From positions 5,286-69,285 of the forward strand of contig CAVGNR010000004.1 in NCBI GenBank assembly GCA_963630675.1: a stretch of DNA of 64,000 nt, in the 5' to 3' direction. The position numbers and the translations under genes were made by a program. Source of the DNA: Escherichia coli. GTDB lineage: Bacteria; Bacillota_I; Bacilli_A; RFN20; CAG-826. Positions within the stretch are counted from its first letter, which is position 1, and each line of letters opens with the position of its first letter. Shown piece after piece: positions 29,405 to 39,772 of the stretch. The notes beneath the pieces were generated by a model. The model was given only the letters and a program-made list of their open reading frames with translations. It had not been told where the DNA came from and searched no databases.

Positions 29405-30374
29405 AAAAGAAAGAATATTAACAAGAGAAGAAGCCGTCGAGCGTTCTTTAGATACAGAATTCCGTTATACCATTTGGCGAAGATTTATCGCAGCCCTTGG
29501 CAATTACAAACTTATCCTTCCAGGAGATAAAATCTGCGTTTGTATCTCCGGAGGAAAGGATTCCATGTTAATGGGCCTTCTTTTTAAGCATCTTAAGAAA
29601 TACTCCAGCGTTTCTTTTGACGTGGAATTCCTTGTAATGAATCCAGGTTACAACGAATTAAACCTCCAAATCATTAAAAACAATCTTCAAACATTACAAA
29701 TCCCTGCAAGGATTGTTGAAACGGATATTTTCGACATTGCCAATAGCACTTCTGAATCTCCTTGCTATCTATGTGCAAGAATGAGAAGAGGGGCTCTTTA
29801 CCGCATTGCAAAAAGCCTTGGTTGCAACAAGATTGCTCTTGGCCACCACTACGATGACGTCATTGAAACAACATTGATGAATATGCTTAATTCCGGTTCT
29901 TTCCAAACAATGTTACCAAAGCTTCATTCTGACCATTACGAAGGAATGGAAATTATCCGCCCTCTTTATCTTGTTCGTGAAGAAAGCATTCTAGAATGGA
30001 AGAAATTCAATAAATTAACCTTCATTCAATGTGCTTGCCGTTTCACAGAGAATTGCTCCATTTGCGACAACGGATCTGGCGGATCGCAAAGACAAAAGAC
30101 CAAAGCATTAATTAAGCAATTGATGGTTACTTATTCTCCAATGGTAGAAAAGAATATCTTCAAAGCAGGAGGAAATGTCATCTTAGATAAAGTACTTGGC
30201 TATAAAGAAGAAGGAGTTTATCACGACTACCTTGAAACCTATGAAGAAGATGGCACAAGAATCAATCAAAAGATTTCTTCCTTGAATTTAGAAAAAGCTG
30301 CGGTCGATAAAGCGGAAAACGAGCACCGCGCTTTAAAAGAAGACGATACTTTTTATAACCGTTTTAAGCAGTAA
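29394..30374 (+). CDS. PP-loop ATPase of the TtcA (tRNA thiolation) family
   Basis: PP-loop CISGGKDS and Cys pairs CYLCARMRR and CACRF...CSIC. It overlaps the desulfurase stop. Confidence 0.7.
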   Translation: MPSKKERILTREEAVERSLDTEFRYTIWRRFIAALGNYKLILPGDKICVCISGGKDSMLMGLLFKHLKKYSSVSFDVEFLVMNPGYNELNLQIIKNNLQTLQIPARIVETDIFDIANSTSESPCYLCARMRRGALYRIAKSLGCNKIALGHHYDDVIETTLMNMLNSGSFQTMLPKLHSDHYEGMEIIRPLYLVREESILEWKKFNKLTFIQCACRFTENCSICDNGSGGSQRQKTKALIKQLMVTYSPMVEKNIFKAGGNVILDKVLGYKEEGVYHDYLETYEEDGTRINQKISSLNLEKAAVDKAENEHRALKEDDTFYNRFKQ

Positions 30375-30465
30375 GTAGTAACACTTATTTCATCTACATT
30401 CTTACTTTTTTGCTATGTTTTGACATTTGCTTTTCGTAATGAATAAGTATCGCTACAATAAAAAT

Positions 30466-31563
30466 ATGGAAAAACTAACACATTCAGAGCTTCTTGAAGC
30501 AATTTCTCATTTCGAAATCGATGGAAATGTCATTAACATCAAAGAAAATCATAATGGTCACATTAACGATACATTCGTCGTGACCGCAGAAAATGAAGAA
30601 AAGAAACGAACCCGTTATATCGTTCAACGTATTAATAGCAACGTCTTCCCAAATGTGAAAAACGTTATGTTTAACATTCAGGAAGTCCTTTCTTTCATGC
30701 GAAAGAAGGTCGCCGATAATCAAGGCGACTTGTCGAAAGAAATTCTGACCCTCGTCCCAACAAAAAACAAAGCAAGTTATTTTGAAGATGAGGAAGGTTC
30801 TTTCTTCCGCACTTATTTGTATTTGGAAGATTCTCTTTCCTATAACCAAACCACTTCTCCTGAAGTTTTTGGCGCTTCCGGACGTGCTTTTGGCAAATTT
30901 CAAAGAGATTTAAATGGTTTTGATGCCGCAAAGCTCTTTGAAGTCATCCCAAATTTCCATAACACCCAAAAACGTTATCAAGATTTCCTTAAAGCTCTCT
31001 CTCTCGCTAGCGAAGATAGAAAAGAAGAAGCCAAAGAAGAAATCAAATGGGCCAAAGAGAATCAATACATATCTGAATTTTTATCCGGAAAGAACATTCC
31101 TTTAAGAGTCACTCACAATGACACGAAATTAAATAATGTCCTTTTCTTTGAAGGAAGTAATAAAACCTGCGTCATCGATCTTGATACCATCATGCCTGGC
31201 TATTCTTTGTATGATTTTGGGGATTCCATCCGTTTTGGCGCTAACGAAGCAAAAGAAGACGAGAAAGATCTTAACAAAGTAAAACTAAGCCTCGCTTTCT
31301 TTAAAGCATATTTAGACGGATACATGGAGGGGGCAGGCGAAACATTAACAAAAGAAGAAATCGCTCTTTTCCCTGAAGCAGGAATGCTTATGACCTACGA
31401 ATGTGGAATTCGTTTCCTTACCGATTTCTTAAATGGGGATACCTATTTTAAGATTTCTTATCCAAACCACAATCTTGTTCGTGCCAAAGACCAATTTGCA
31501 TTGGTTGAAAATATGAAGAAAAAGCTCCCTCAAATGAGAGAGCTTGTAAAAGAATACCTTTAA
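30466..31563 (+). CDS. N-acetylhexosamine 1-kinase-like phosphotransferase (APH fold)
   Basis: NGHINDTFVV, catalytic VTHNDTKLNNVLF and IDLDTIMPGYSLYDFGD are colinear with NahK. The start is uncertain: in-frame candidates at 30427, 30439 and 30466, none with a clear RBS. Confidence 0.65.
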   Translation: MEKLTHSELLEAISHFEIDGNVINIKENHNGHINDTFVVTAENEEKKRTRYIVQRINSNVFPNVKNVMFNIQEVLSFMRKKVADNQGDLSKEILTLVPTKNKASYFEDEEGSFFRTYLYLEDSLSYNQTTSPEVFGASGRAFGKFQRDLNGFDAAKLFEVIPNFHNTQKRYQDFLKALSLASEDRKEEAKEEIKWAKENQYISEFLSGKNIPLRVTHNDTKLNNVLFFEGSNKTCVIDLDTIMPGYSLYDFGDSIRFGANEAKEDEKDLNKVKLSLAFFKAYLDGYMEGAGETLTKEEIALFPEAGMLMTYECGIRFLTDFLNGDTYFKISYPNHNLVRAKDQFALVENMKKKLPQMRELVKEYL

Positions 31564-31564
31564 A

Positions 31565-32710
31565 TTAACCCTTACGGTAAACCACTTTTCCGTTAACAAT
31601 CGTCATAAGGACGTGAAAATCTTTATCTAGAACAGCAAAATTCGCTTTCTTATTAGCAGAAATGCTCCCATAGTCTTTATCCAGATGAAGATTTTTAGCC
31701 GGGTTCAAAGAAACAAGATTGATAAGGTCGGAATAGGTATATCCCTTCGCTAAATCTCTAACGTTTCTCAACCCTTGGTCTAATCTCAATATCGAAGCGG
31801 CAATGGTATTATCTTTTAATCTAGCCACCCCTCCTTCAACGTGAATTTCTTGAGAACCAAGATGAGACGAAGCTCCTTCTGGAAGGTATTTTGCTTCACA
31901 AGAATCCGTAATCATCAGGATTTCATTTTTCTTTTTATCTTTGAAGACGAGAGACAAGGCGTCTTTACATACGTGATAGGTATCGCAAATAAGTTCAACA
32001 TTCACGCCATCTTGCAATAAGGCTTCGCCAGATATACCCACTTCACGATGATGAAAGCCTCTTTGAGCATTGAAAAGATGAGTCACGCAACGAAGGCCTT
32101 TAGCAATTCCTTCTTTAAAGAGGGTACTTTTACAGTCGCTATGGCCAATAGATGGAGTGATGTTGTTCTTTAAACAATATTCTAAGAACTTAGAATTCTC
32201 ATCATCTTCATATGCAAAAGTAATTAAACGCACATTGTTTCCGCTTACTTTTACGAATTCGTCTAAAAGAGCGACATCTGGTTTCAAAATATAATGAGGA
32301 TCTTGTGCGCCTGGATGACAAAGAGAGATGAAGGGTCCTTCTAAATGAAGGCCTAAAATCGTCGCATCATCATGTTCCTCTTCCATATATTCTTTAACAG
32401 TGCGGCATGAAGCGAGGATTTTCTCCTTGCTTTCTGTCATAGTCGTAGCCAAGAAAGAAGTAACTCCTTCTTGAAGAAGAGACTTCGCCATATTCTCTAA
32501 AGAGGATTTTGAAGCGTCCATTACGTCCGATCCATTAGCCCCATGAATATGTTCATCAATAAATCCAGGGCATACATATATGTCTTCTCCCTCTAAAATC
32601 ACATTTTCAGGATCTTCAAAAGAGAGGATTCTATCCCCTTCAAAAGACAAAGAGCCCTTGATTACCTTGTCCTCTAGAACGACATTTACATTTTTAAAAC
32701 CATTTTTCAT
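31565..32710 (-). CDS. nagA: N-acetylglucosamine-6-phosphate deacetylase
   Basis: PGFIDEHIHGANG metal-binding motif and overall NagA colinearity. Confidence 0.85.
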   Translation of the reverse strand: MKNGFKNVNVVLEDKVIKGSLSFEGDRILSFEDPENVILEGEDIYVCPGFIDEHIHGANGSDVMDASKSSLENMAKSLLQEGVTSFLATTMTESKEKILASCRTVKEYMEEEHDDATILGLHLEGPFISLCHPGAQDPHYILKPDVALLDEFVKVSGNNVRLITFAYEDDENSKFLEYCLKNNITPSIGHSDCKSTLFKEGIAKGLRCVTHLFNAQRGFHHREVGISGEALLQDGVNVELICDTYHVCKDALSLVFKDKKKNEILMITDSCEAKYLPEGASSHLGSQEIHVEGGVARLKDNTIAASILRLDQGLRNVRDLAKGYTYSDLINLVSLNPAKNLHLDKDYGSISANKKANFAVLDKDFHVLMTIVNGKVVYRKG

Positions 32711-32998
32711 GGCTTAAGTATAACATTAACTCATTCTCTTTTTAGGTGAAACGATTCCAAGTTTATGACATATCAAAAGTTGTTTTTTTGAGGGCTTATT
32801 AAAAAGTATCTTCTCCATCTACACTTATCATTTGAAATAGAACAAAATACAGGTAATTTAAACCATAATGTCGCTCATTCCCATTATTCGTATTGTTTTT
32901 CGGGGAGTGACAATGATGTAACCAATGTTTTTAAATACTTTTGTTATTTATAATCACAACTATATATTTTTCATAATCGTCGTCTCAAAAACTATATG

Positions 32999-33089
32999 CC
33001 ATTCCGTGTGATTTCATGTTTCCATTCCGTGAGATTTCATATTTCCGTTCCGATAGATTTCACATTTTCATTCCGTGAGATTCATAGTT
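32999..33089. repeat. Four tandem copies of a 21-24 bp repeat (consensus about CCATTCCGTGAGATTTCATATTT)
   Basis: Units at 32999-33021, 33022-33044, 33045-33068 and 33069-33089, within the 508-bp intergenic region between the GH78 gene and nagA. Confidence 0.9.
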
Positions 33090-33218
33090 CAGTGGAAAAA
33101 AGATTATGTGTTATTGGTTAGAAACGTCTGTTTATTCGATGCTCAAAAAAGGATCTAAGCACGTTTAAAAAGGTACACCCCTTTTCGAATAGAAATGATG
33201 ATGTACTCTTAAGATTGT

Positions 33219-35777
33219 TTATAAAGTGGCTTCAAACGTGTAATTGCCATGACTACGGATGTAGACTTCTTTGTTTGGCAAAACGATTTTCGCTTCAGAA
33301 CCATATGGAACGGAAACGTTGAGTTTGAATTGCTTGTCTTTGATTTCCCAAAAAACCTCAATCGTTCCGTATGGAGTCTTAGTATGTGCTTTAGCGTATG
33401 TTAAGCTGCCACCGATCAAAGGTTTAACCAAGAAAGAGCGATAGCCTGCTTCAAGAGGTTCTATTCCGGCAACGCGTCTATAAAGGAAGTCGCCAACCGC
33501 CCCTGAAGCGTAATGGTTATAGGAAATCATGCCTCCTGTACCGTCTTCTCCGATTGGGCATTCTCCGTTTTCATCTAAGCCATCCCATCTTTCCCAGATG
33601 GTGGTTGCCCCTGCTTTCACTTCGTATAGCCAAGAAGGGCATTTTGTATTTTCAAGCATCTTATAGGCGGTATCTACGTAACCATTATCCGCTAAAGCAA
33701 AAAGGATATAAGGTGTGCCAGGGAAGCCTGTTCCAATGCAGTAATTGTTTTTCTCTACGAGTTTTTTAAGATTCATCGCTGCAAAAGAAACGTTTTCTTC
33801 TTTCAGCATATGGAATTGCAAAGGTAAAACGTATCCGGTTTGGAATTCGTTTAAGAGTTTTCCTTTATGATTGGTAAAAATAGATTCATACGCTTCGGAA
33901 ACATTTTCTGAGAGTTCCTTATAATCGGCTTCATCTTCTTTCTTACCAAGGATATGGGCTACATTCGAAAGAATCGTAGAAGTGTTTTTTAAGGATGCCG
34001 TCGCCGTCCATTTGCTACGTTTTTGCCAATCGCTCATTTTAGCTACATCAGGCGCTACCCAATCTCCAAAATGGAAAATAGAAGGAGTATGCCAAATATA
34101 ACGGTGTTTCCCCACGCCAAAATGAGCCCAGAACTTACAGGCATTGACGTATTTCTTCATGGATTCGTAGGATTTAGACAATATCGTTTTGTCTCCCGTT
34201 TTCTCATAAAGAGCCATAGGAACAAGTAAGGAAGCGTCTCCCCAGAATTCCACGGCCATTTTTGGCATAGTAACAGGGAAAGCGTAACGATGAGATGGAA
34301 TTGTATTTGGAAGACCTCCGCTACGGAGCTGTTCTTTTCTTAAGTCCAATAACCATTTATCTAAGAAACGGTTCATATCAAAATTAAAACAGGCTGTTTT
34401 GGAAAAAATTGCAATATCTCCAGTCCATCCCATTCTTTCATCTCTTTGAGGACAATCTGTAGGAATATCCACGAAATTGGATTTACTCGACCAGATAATA
34501 TTCTTCTGTAAACGGTTGATCAAAGGATTGGAACATTCAAAATCGCCAATTCGTTCAACATCTGAATAAAGAGCAATGGCTTCAATATCTATATCTTCTA
34601 TATTTTCGATTCCTTCAATAGAAATATAACGGAAACCCATGTAGGTAAGAGTTGGGGAAAAGCTTTGTTCCCCATCTTTACAGATATAGGTTAAAGTTGC
34701 TTTCGCACTACGAAGGAAAGAGGTATTCAAATCCCCATCTTTCTTTAAGATTTCCGCATGCTTAATGACTATGCTCTGGCCTCTTTTTGCATTTTTGAGG
34801 TGGAAAGAAACGACTCCGGCAAAGTTTTGGCCAAAATCCACAATCCATTTCTTTTGATTGAAAGGCTTCGTTATCTTTTGAGGTAATAATCTTTCATGAG
34901 GCATCACCTTTGTTCCGTAATCTAGAAGGAGTTCCGGGTGAATCTTCAATTTCTCATAAGAAGCTTGATGGAAGACGATATCATTTAGATCAATTCTAGC
35001 GTCATAGGTTTCTCCATCATAAATATCCGCCATAAGAACAGGCGAATGCTCACTTACTTGCCAGCTTTCATCCGTACCGATAATTTCTTTTGAACCGTCT
35101 TCGTATTCAAGATGAATATCGCAAAGGAGAGCTTGCCTATCCGCTACATCACGATTCTTTCTTGTCATGACAAAGGATCCAACAGCCCAACCACCTGCAA
35201 CCTCAAAATAGAGAATGTTCTCTTTTTCGAGAAGGTTTGTGACATCGTAGACCTGATATTGAAGTTCGTTACGATAGGAAGTAAAGCCTGGAGCAAAATA
35301 AGCGTTTCCCACTTTCTTTCCATTCAGGAGAAAGTCATAGATTCCTAAGGCTGTCGCATAAACCTTAACGCTTTTAATCTTTTTAGAAATAGAAAGCTCC
35401 TTTTTGAAAAGCAAGGGTTTTGGTGAAATGCCTTTTTCTTTGAAGATGTAATCTTTATCGCTAATCCATCTTCCTTTAAAAGAGGTACCTAAATAACCAG
35501 TTTCATAAATAAGCTCTTGCTTATCTTTTCTTCCTAAGCTGTCCTCTACTTCCAATGTAGCGACATATTTTGTAAAAGGCTTAAGCGTCTCGCCCGTGTA
35601 GAGAATGTTATTTTGAGAAAGAGTTTCGATTTTCCATCCATTCATCTTTAAAATGGCTGATTTCAAAGAAGAATTCGTTTCATCGGAAAAGCAAGAAAAA
35701 CTAAAAGAGGGATTCTTTTCATCCGAATAACATTCTTTAACAAGATGATTTGCTTTAAATTCAGTAATTTTAAACAT
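33219..35777 (-). CDS. Alpha-L-rhamnosidase (GH78)
   Basis: 852 aa with no signal peptide. The DCPQRDERMGWTGD block and domain order are typical of GH78. Confidence 0.8.
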   Translation of the reverse strand: MFKITEFKANHLVKECYSDEKNPSFSFSCFSDETNSSLKSAILKMNGWKIETLSQNNILYTGETLKPFTKYVATLEVEDSLGRKDKQELIYETGYLGTSFKGRWISDKDYIFKEKGISPKPLLFKKELSISKKIKSVKVYATALGIYDFLLNGKKVGNAYFAPGFTSYRNELQYQVYDVTNLLEKENILYFEVAGGWAVGSFVMTRKNRDVADRQALLCDIHLEYEDGSKEIIGTDESWQVSEHSPVLMADIYDGETYDARIDLNDIVFHQASYEKLKIHPELLLDYGTKVMPHERLLPQKITKPFNQKKWIVDFGQNFAGVVSFHLKNAKRGQSIVIKHAEILKKDGDLNTSFLRSAKATLTYICKDGEQSFSPTLTYMGFRYISIEGIENIEDIDIEAIALYSDVERIGDFECSNPLINRLQKNIIWSSKSNFVDIPTDCPQRDERMGWTGDIAIFSKTACFNFDMNRFLDKWLLDLRKEQLRSGGLPNTIPSHRYAFPVTMPKMAVEFWGDASLLVPMALYEKTGDKTILSKSYESMKKYVNACKFWAHFGVGKHRYIWHTPSIFHFGDWVAPDVAKMSDWQKRSKWTATASLKNTSTILSNVAHILGKKEDEADYKELSENVSEAYESIFTNHKGKLLNEFQTGYVLPLQFHMLKEENVSFAAMNLKKLVEKNNYCIGTGFPGTPYILFALADNGYVDTAYKMLENTKCPSWLYEVKAGATTIWERWDGLDENGECPIGEDGTGGMISYNHYASGAVGDFLYRRVAGIEPLEAGYRSFLVKPLIGGSLTYAKAHTKTPYGTIEVFWEIKDKQFKLNVSVPYGSEAKIVLPNKEVYIRSHGNYTFEATL

Positions 35778-35798
35778 AAATAGAACCTTTCTAGGAAA

Positions 35799-35821
35799 GG
35801 GGCCGCTTATTTTGCGGCCCC
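35799..35821 (-). terminator. GC-rich hairpin between the small membrane-protein gene and the GH78 gene (weak terminator or attenuator)
   Basis: GGGGCCGC-7 nt-GCGGCCCC. Only a short T run (TTTCC) follows on the minus strand. Confidence 0.45.
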
Positions 35822-35828
35822 TAATGAT

Positions 35829-36287
35829 TTATCTCTCTGAAGGTTTTTTGAAGAAGTTTGTAACAATAGAGAGGAGACCAGTGACGAACATGAACGCTGT
35901 TCCAACAATAGCCCCAATACAAGATTGGTGAGCAACAACGTTTCCTGCTTCCAAATCGGATCCTAAGGCAATGCCGTAATAATAGACACGGTCACCTAAG
36001 AAGTAGATTGCCGCTCCAAAGAGAAGGAAAGGCACGGCTGCAGCAAGAACATCGCAAACGAGATCAGCGATCTTGTTTCCTTTTAATGGGGTGAATCCAA
36101 GAGCAATATTCAAAAGGACACACACCAAGGCAAGGACTAAGAAGAGGACAATTTCAAAGGAGACGTTTGCTTCCGTGAAATAAGGGAGAGCCTTGTTCAC
36201 GAAGTAAAGAATCATTGAAACTAGAGTAAATAAGACTAGCGCAACATTTAAGATAAAGGTCACACCTTGTTTTTTTAAGAATTCCAT
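35829..36287 (-). CDS. Small four-helix membrane protein
   Basis: 152 aa with four hydrophobic segments, located between the GH3 and GH78 genes on the same strand. Confidence 0.55.
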   Translation of the reverse strand: MEFLKKQGVTFILNVALVLFTLVSMILYFVNKALPYFTEANVSFEIVLFLVLALVCVLLNIALGFTPLKGNKIADLVCDVLAAAVPFLLFGAAIYFLGDRVYYYGIALGSDLEAGNVVAHQSCIGAIVGTAFMFVTGLLSIVTNFFKKPSER

Positions 36288-36302
36288 TTTATTTTCCTCC
36301 GT

Positions 36303-39300
36303 TTATTTCTCTTCCTTTTTGCCCTTTAAAGCAACAACAACCATCAAACCGACAGAGGCTGCTAAGGCAACACTGAAGACACCTGTGAGAACATTGAACA
36401 TGATTTGCCAAGATGGGGTGACGGAAACAAGTTTCGTGGTAGCGTCCATACCGTTAAGGAGGTTGGAATTGGCGTATGCATACCATTGATATTTCATGTT
36501 TTCATGGAGACGCTCATTCAATAACTTATCATTAGCGATATTGCTTGCTTCATAGTCGACCCATTCGGTTCTTAAATCTGCCGAAGCACCAGAGCCGTTG
36601 GCCATCATAGTGACGCCACCGAGGATGCATTCACCTGGTAAGAAGTAGTTTTGACCATTGACCATGTCGGTGGAGATTAATCCTTTATAGCCCCACTCTT
36701 TTCTTAAGATGTTTTGCATCAAGCCTTGGTGGGCATTCAAATTAGAGCAACCGATTCTGTTGAAAGCGGTCATGGTTGCTAAGCATTCACCGGATTCATA
36801 AGCCTTTTGGAAGCTTCTAAGTTCGGTTTCACGTGCAGTTTGCTCAGTCATGTATTCGGATAAACCATAACGGTTAAATTCGATGGCATTGAAGGCAAAG
36901 TGTTTAGGACCGATTAAGCAACCAAACTCTCTTCCGCCAGAGACCATATTCTCTAAAGCATAAGCAGAAAGGATAGGATCTTCAGTGAAGTATTCATGGG
37001 TACGTCCTTCGTATGGAGAACGGTGTAAGTTTGCACCACCCGCCCAGATTGTGGCACCGCCATTCCAGATAGAATGGTTTCCAATTAATTCACCCATTTC
37101 TTTTTGGATGGCTTTATCGAAGGTTGCAGCAATAAGAGGAGCATTTGGAGCAGAGGCTTTGAAGCCAACCCACTTCTTATCTTCATCAGAGTCAGAAAGC
37201 TTATATGGGGAATCATCTAAGATGGCATAACCTTGGTTAACACCGAAGGAAGAGAATCCGTTTGGACCGTCAGCTTGTCTGTTTCTTGGGTTACCGATTT
37301 CATCAATTGTCCAAGTGGTGTTGCCACCCACGGCAATGATCTTTACGGCACTATCAAGAGGGATTTGGCTAATGAAGTCTTCCCATCTTGGGTCATCCCA
37401 GCTTGCACCTTTCATATCAGCAAGGGTGTAGCTAGTTTCTTTTGAACCCCAAACAACATTCACTTTTTCATCTTTTTGGATGACGTGCTTCTTGTTACGA
37501 AGTTCTTTGATCATATCCGCGTTTGGAGTGACGATTTGTCTTGTTGGATAGGTTCCAGACCAATCGTTTCTCGAAAGATATTTCACAGCATTTGGTTGAT
37601 AGTAGTTCAAATCTGCATCATCTAATTGATTTTCGATGAGGACTTTTCCACCTTTGGATCTTCCGAATAAGGAAGCGTTTGGAGAATTGTATTTCTTGAC
37701 GATGGCTTTATTTCCATTGCCTTCTTCGTCCATGCCATTGGAGACAGATTTGCCCATTTTGGCTAAGACGTTATTAACTGCTTCATGGGAGCCATTTCCG
37801 ATTGCGAAATAGTAATCGCCTTCAGCAAGAAGATATCCGCCTTTGACGCCATCATGCTCTAAAGTATTATCGTAAGAGGTGGCATCGGATAAATCAGCCT
37901 TAATGGTGTAACTCTTTTTCTCACCAGGTTGAAGTAAATCTGTTTTGGCATAGTCAAGAAGTTGGATGGCTGCTTTTTCAAGAGTATCTTTATTTTTTCT
38001 TGGTAAGGAAACATAAAGTTGAATTGCATCCTTTCCAGCGACACTGCCAGTATTTTCAACATCGATAACAGCGGTAACAGTCTTATCGGAAGTGCTCATT
38101 TCCACACTTCTAAGGGTTTGTTCGAAGCTTGTGTAAGATTCGCCAAAGCCGAAGGTGTAGCTAACTTCATCTTGATATTTCCAAGATGTTGCGCCTTCTT
38201 TTGCACCTTTTTGGGAAGAAGCGTTGCTAGATGGATTTACAACGGAATCAAAGTATCTTGTTTCGTAATACTTATATCCGGTATAAATGCCTTCTTGATA
38301 GACGGTATAGGCAGAAGCTCTTAAATTATCTGCGCTAATAGCAGTCCATCCATCTCTGTTATTTGTGATATGGTCTTCTTCTTTTGTAGCAATGGCATCT
38401 AAATTTGCATAAGAGAAGATACCCCAGTTTTGTGCAGCTGGAGAAACAGAGATATCTGCAGCATACGTATCTGGTAATTTGCCAGATGGATTGATCTTTC
38501 CGGAAAGAATTTGTGGGACCGCTGTCATGCCATAAGTGCCAGTTGTGCCAATCCAAAGGATAGCGTCAATGCCATCATCTTTCTTGAGTTCATCAATTTC
38601 CATTGGGGAATTGGAGTTAATTAAGACAATGGTCTTGTCGCCTTTTTCCTTGGCCATCTTAATCATCTCGCGTTCTCTATTGGATAAACCGAGAGGATCT
38701 TTTGCGCCTTCGTTATTCTCTCCTACGCCAGTTCCTTTTAAGCCATCTACTCCAGGGAGATAGTCACGGCCTTCGGAATTGACTCTTCCAAGAACGACAA
38801 TCGAAGTCTTGTAATCGCCGAAATCTTGAGTGGTAATGCCTGCTTTTCTAGCTTCCAATTCACTTAATCCGACTTCGTTGATGTCGAATCTGTACTTGTC
38901 TTTGTCGGATTCGTTAATCATTCCGAAACCACCGGAAATCTTAGAAACATCACGATAGCAGTCTTCGCCATTTTTGTTTTTATCAACCTTATAGGCATCC
39001 GCCATATCTGGGTTGATTTCAAAGTTTTCTTTTGCTAAAGCACTCTTAAGATCCACTGCTTCATAACCAGCCACGCTTGGTTTTTGAGCACCGGAACCCA
39101 TTTGTCCACCAAGGACACTTGAATAAGCGGCCTTACCAACGAGAGTCACTTTATGTTCAGAACTCTTTAATGGAAGAGCGTTGTTTTTGTTCTTCAAAAG
39201 AACAGCGCCTTCTCCTGTGACTTTTTCGCCATAGGCTTTATCCGCTTTTGCAAGCTCTTCAGCCGTTTTGTAAGAGGATTTGAAATTGTACTTATCCTCG

Positions 39301-39467
39301 CTTCCTGCACCTTCGACTTTTACAATTTTCGTTGATGTGGTGTGGAAGAAATCGTCCATGTAGCTTCTGTATTCATGGGCAATAAGTTGCGCTATGGTTG
39401 ATAGAGCAAGTAATGCACCCGATACGCCCGCTAATCCACGGAACAAGTTTTTCTTACTTTTTTTCAT
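36303..39467 (-). CDS. Glycoside hydrolase family 3 with reversed domain order, membrane-anchored at both termini
   Basis: The sandwich domain (AVLLKNKNNALPL ... NPSGKLPDTY ... FGFGESYTSF) and the FnIII-like domain precede the barrel domain (KHFAFN ... KGLISTDM). Hydrophobic helices sit at the N- and C-termini. The start is set at MKKSKK, with GGAGG 6 nt upstream. Confidence 0.8.
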   Translation of the reverse strand: MKKSKKNLFRGLAGVSGALLALSTIAQLIAHEYRSYMDDFFHTTSTKIVKVEGAGSEDKYNFKSSYKTAEELAKADKAYGEKVTGEGAVLLKNKNNALPLKSSEHKVTLVGKAAYSSVLGGQMGSGAQKPSVAGYEAVDLKSALAKENFEINPDMADAYKVDKNKNGEDCYRDVSKISGGFGMINESDKDKYRFDINEVGLSELEARKAGITTQDFGDYKTSIVVLGRVNSEGRDYLPGVDGLKGTGVGENNEGAKDPLGLSNREREMIKMAKEKGDKTIVLINSNSPMEIDELKKDDGIDAILWIGTTGTYGMTAVPQILSGKINPSGKLPDTYAADISVSPAAQNWGIFSYANLDAIATKEEDHITNNRDGWTAISADNLRASAYTVYQEGIYTGYKYYETRYFDSVVNPSSNASSQKGAKEGATSWKYQDEVSYTFGFGESYTSFEQTLRSVEMSTSDKTVTAVIDVENTGSVAGKDAIQLYVSLPRKNKDTLEKAAIQLLDYAKTDLLQPGEKKSYTIKADLSDATSYDNTLEHDGVKGGYLLAEGDYYFAIGNGSHEAVNNVLAKMGKSVSNGMDEEGNGNKAIVKKYNSPNASLFGRSKGGKVLIENQLDDADLNYYQPNAVKYLSRNDWSGTYPTRQIVTPNADMIKELRNKKHVIQKDEKVNVVWGSKETSYTLADMKGASWDDPRWEDFISQIPLDSAVKIIAVGGNTTWTIDEIGNPRNRQADGPNGFSSFGVNQGYAILDDSPYKLSDSDEDKKWVGFKASAPNAPLIAATFDKAIQKEMGELIGNHSIWNGGATIWAGGANLHRSPYEGRTHEYFTEDPILSAYALENMVSGGREFGCLIGPKHFAFNAIEFNRYGLSEYMTEQTARETELRSFQKAYESGECLATMTAFNRIGCSNLNAHQGLMQNILRKEWGYKGLISTDMVNGQNYFLPGECILGGVTMMANGSGASADLRTEWVDYEASNIANDKLLNERLHENMKYQWYAYANSNLLNGMDATTKLVSVTPSWQIMFNVLTGVFSVALAASVGLMVVVALKGKKEEK

Positions 39468-39590
39468 GTTTCCCTCCATTCATTAGGAATTTTCTTTGGG
39501 AATCTCTTTCTCTTAGTGACACTTACCCAATTCATGCCCTCTTCTTTTTGGCTTTTCATGGCTAATAAGTCAAAAACAAGATTCAAGAGA

Positions 39591-39604
39591 TGTAAGCGTT
39601 TTCA
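39591..39604. promoter_or_regulatory. Candidate cre site in the divergent GH3 / histidine-kinase intergenic region
   Basis: TGTAAGCGTTTTCA fits TGWNANCGNTNWCA at all defined positions. On the GH3 strand it directly follows a TATAAT (39605-39610). Confidence 0.5.
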
Positions 39605-39772
39605 ATTATAATTAAAGCGCTTTCTTTTAAATGGTTTTGTCCTATTTTGCATTTTTTTGAACTCATTTGGAAAGAAATCGGTTTCTTCGTTCGGAGATAG
39701 ATTTTTATTTGGCTTTTATTAACAAAAATAGGCTTTTTTCGTTTATAATTCTAAAAAATTGGTGATTTAAAT

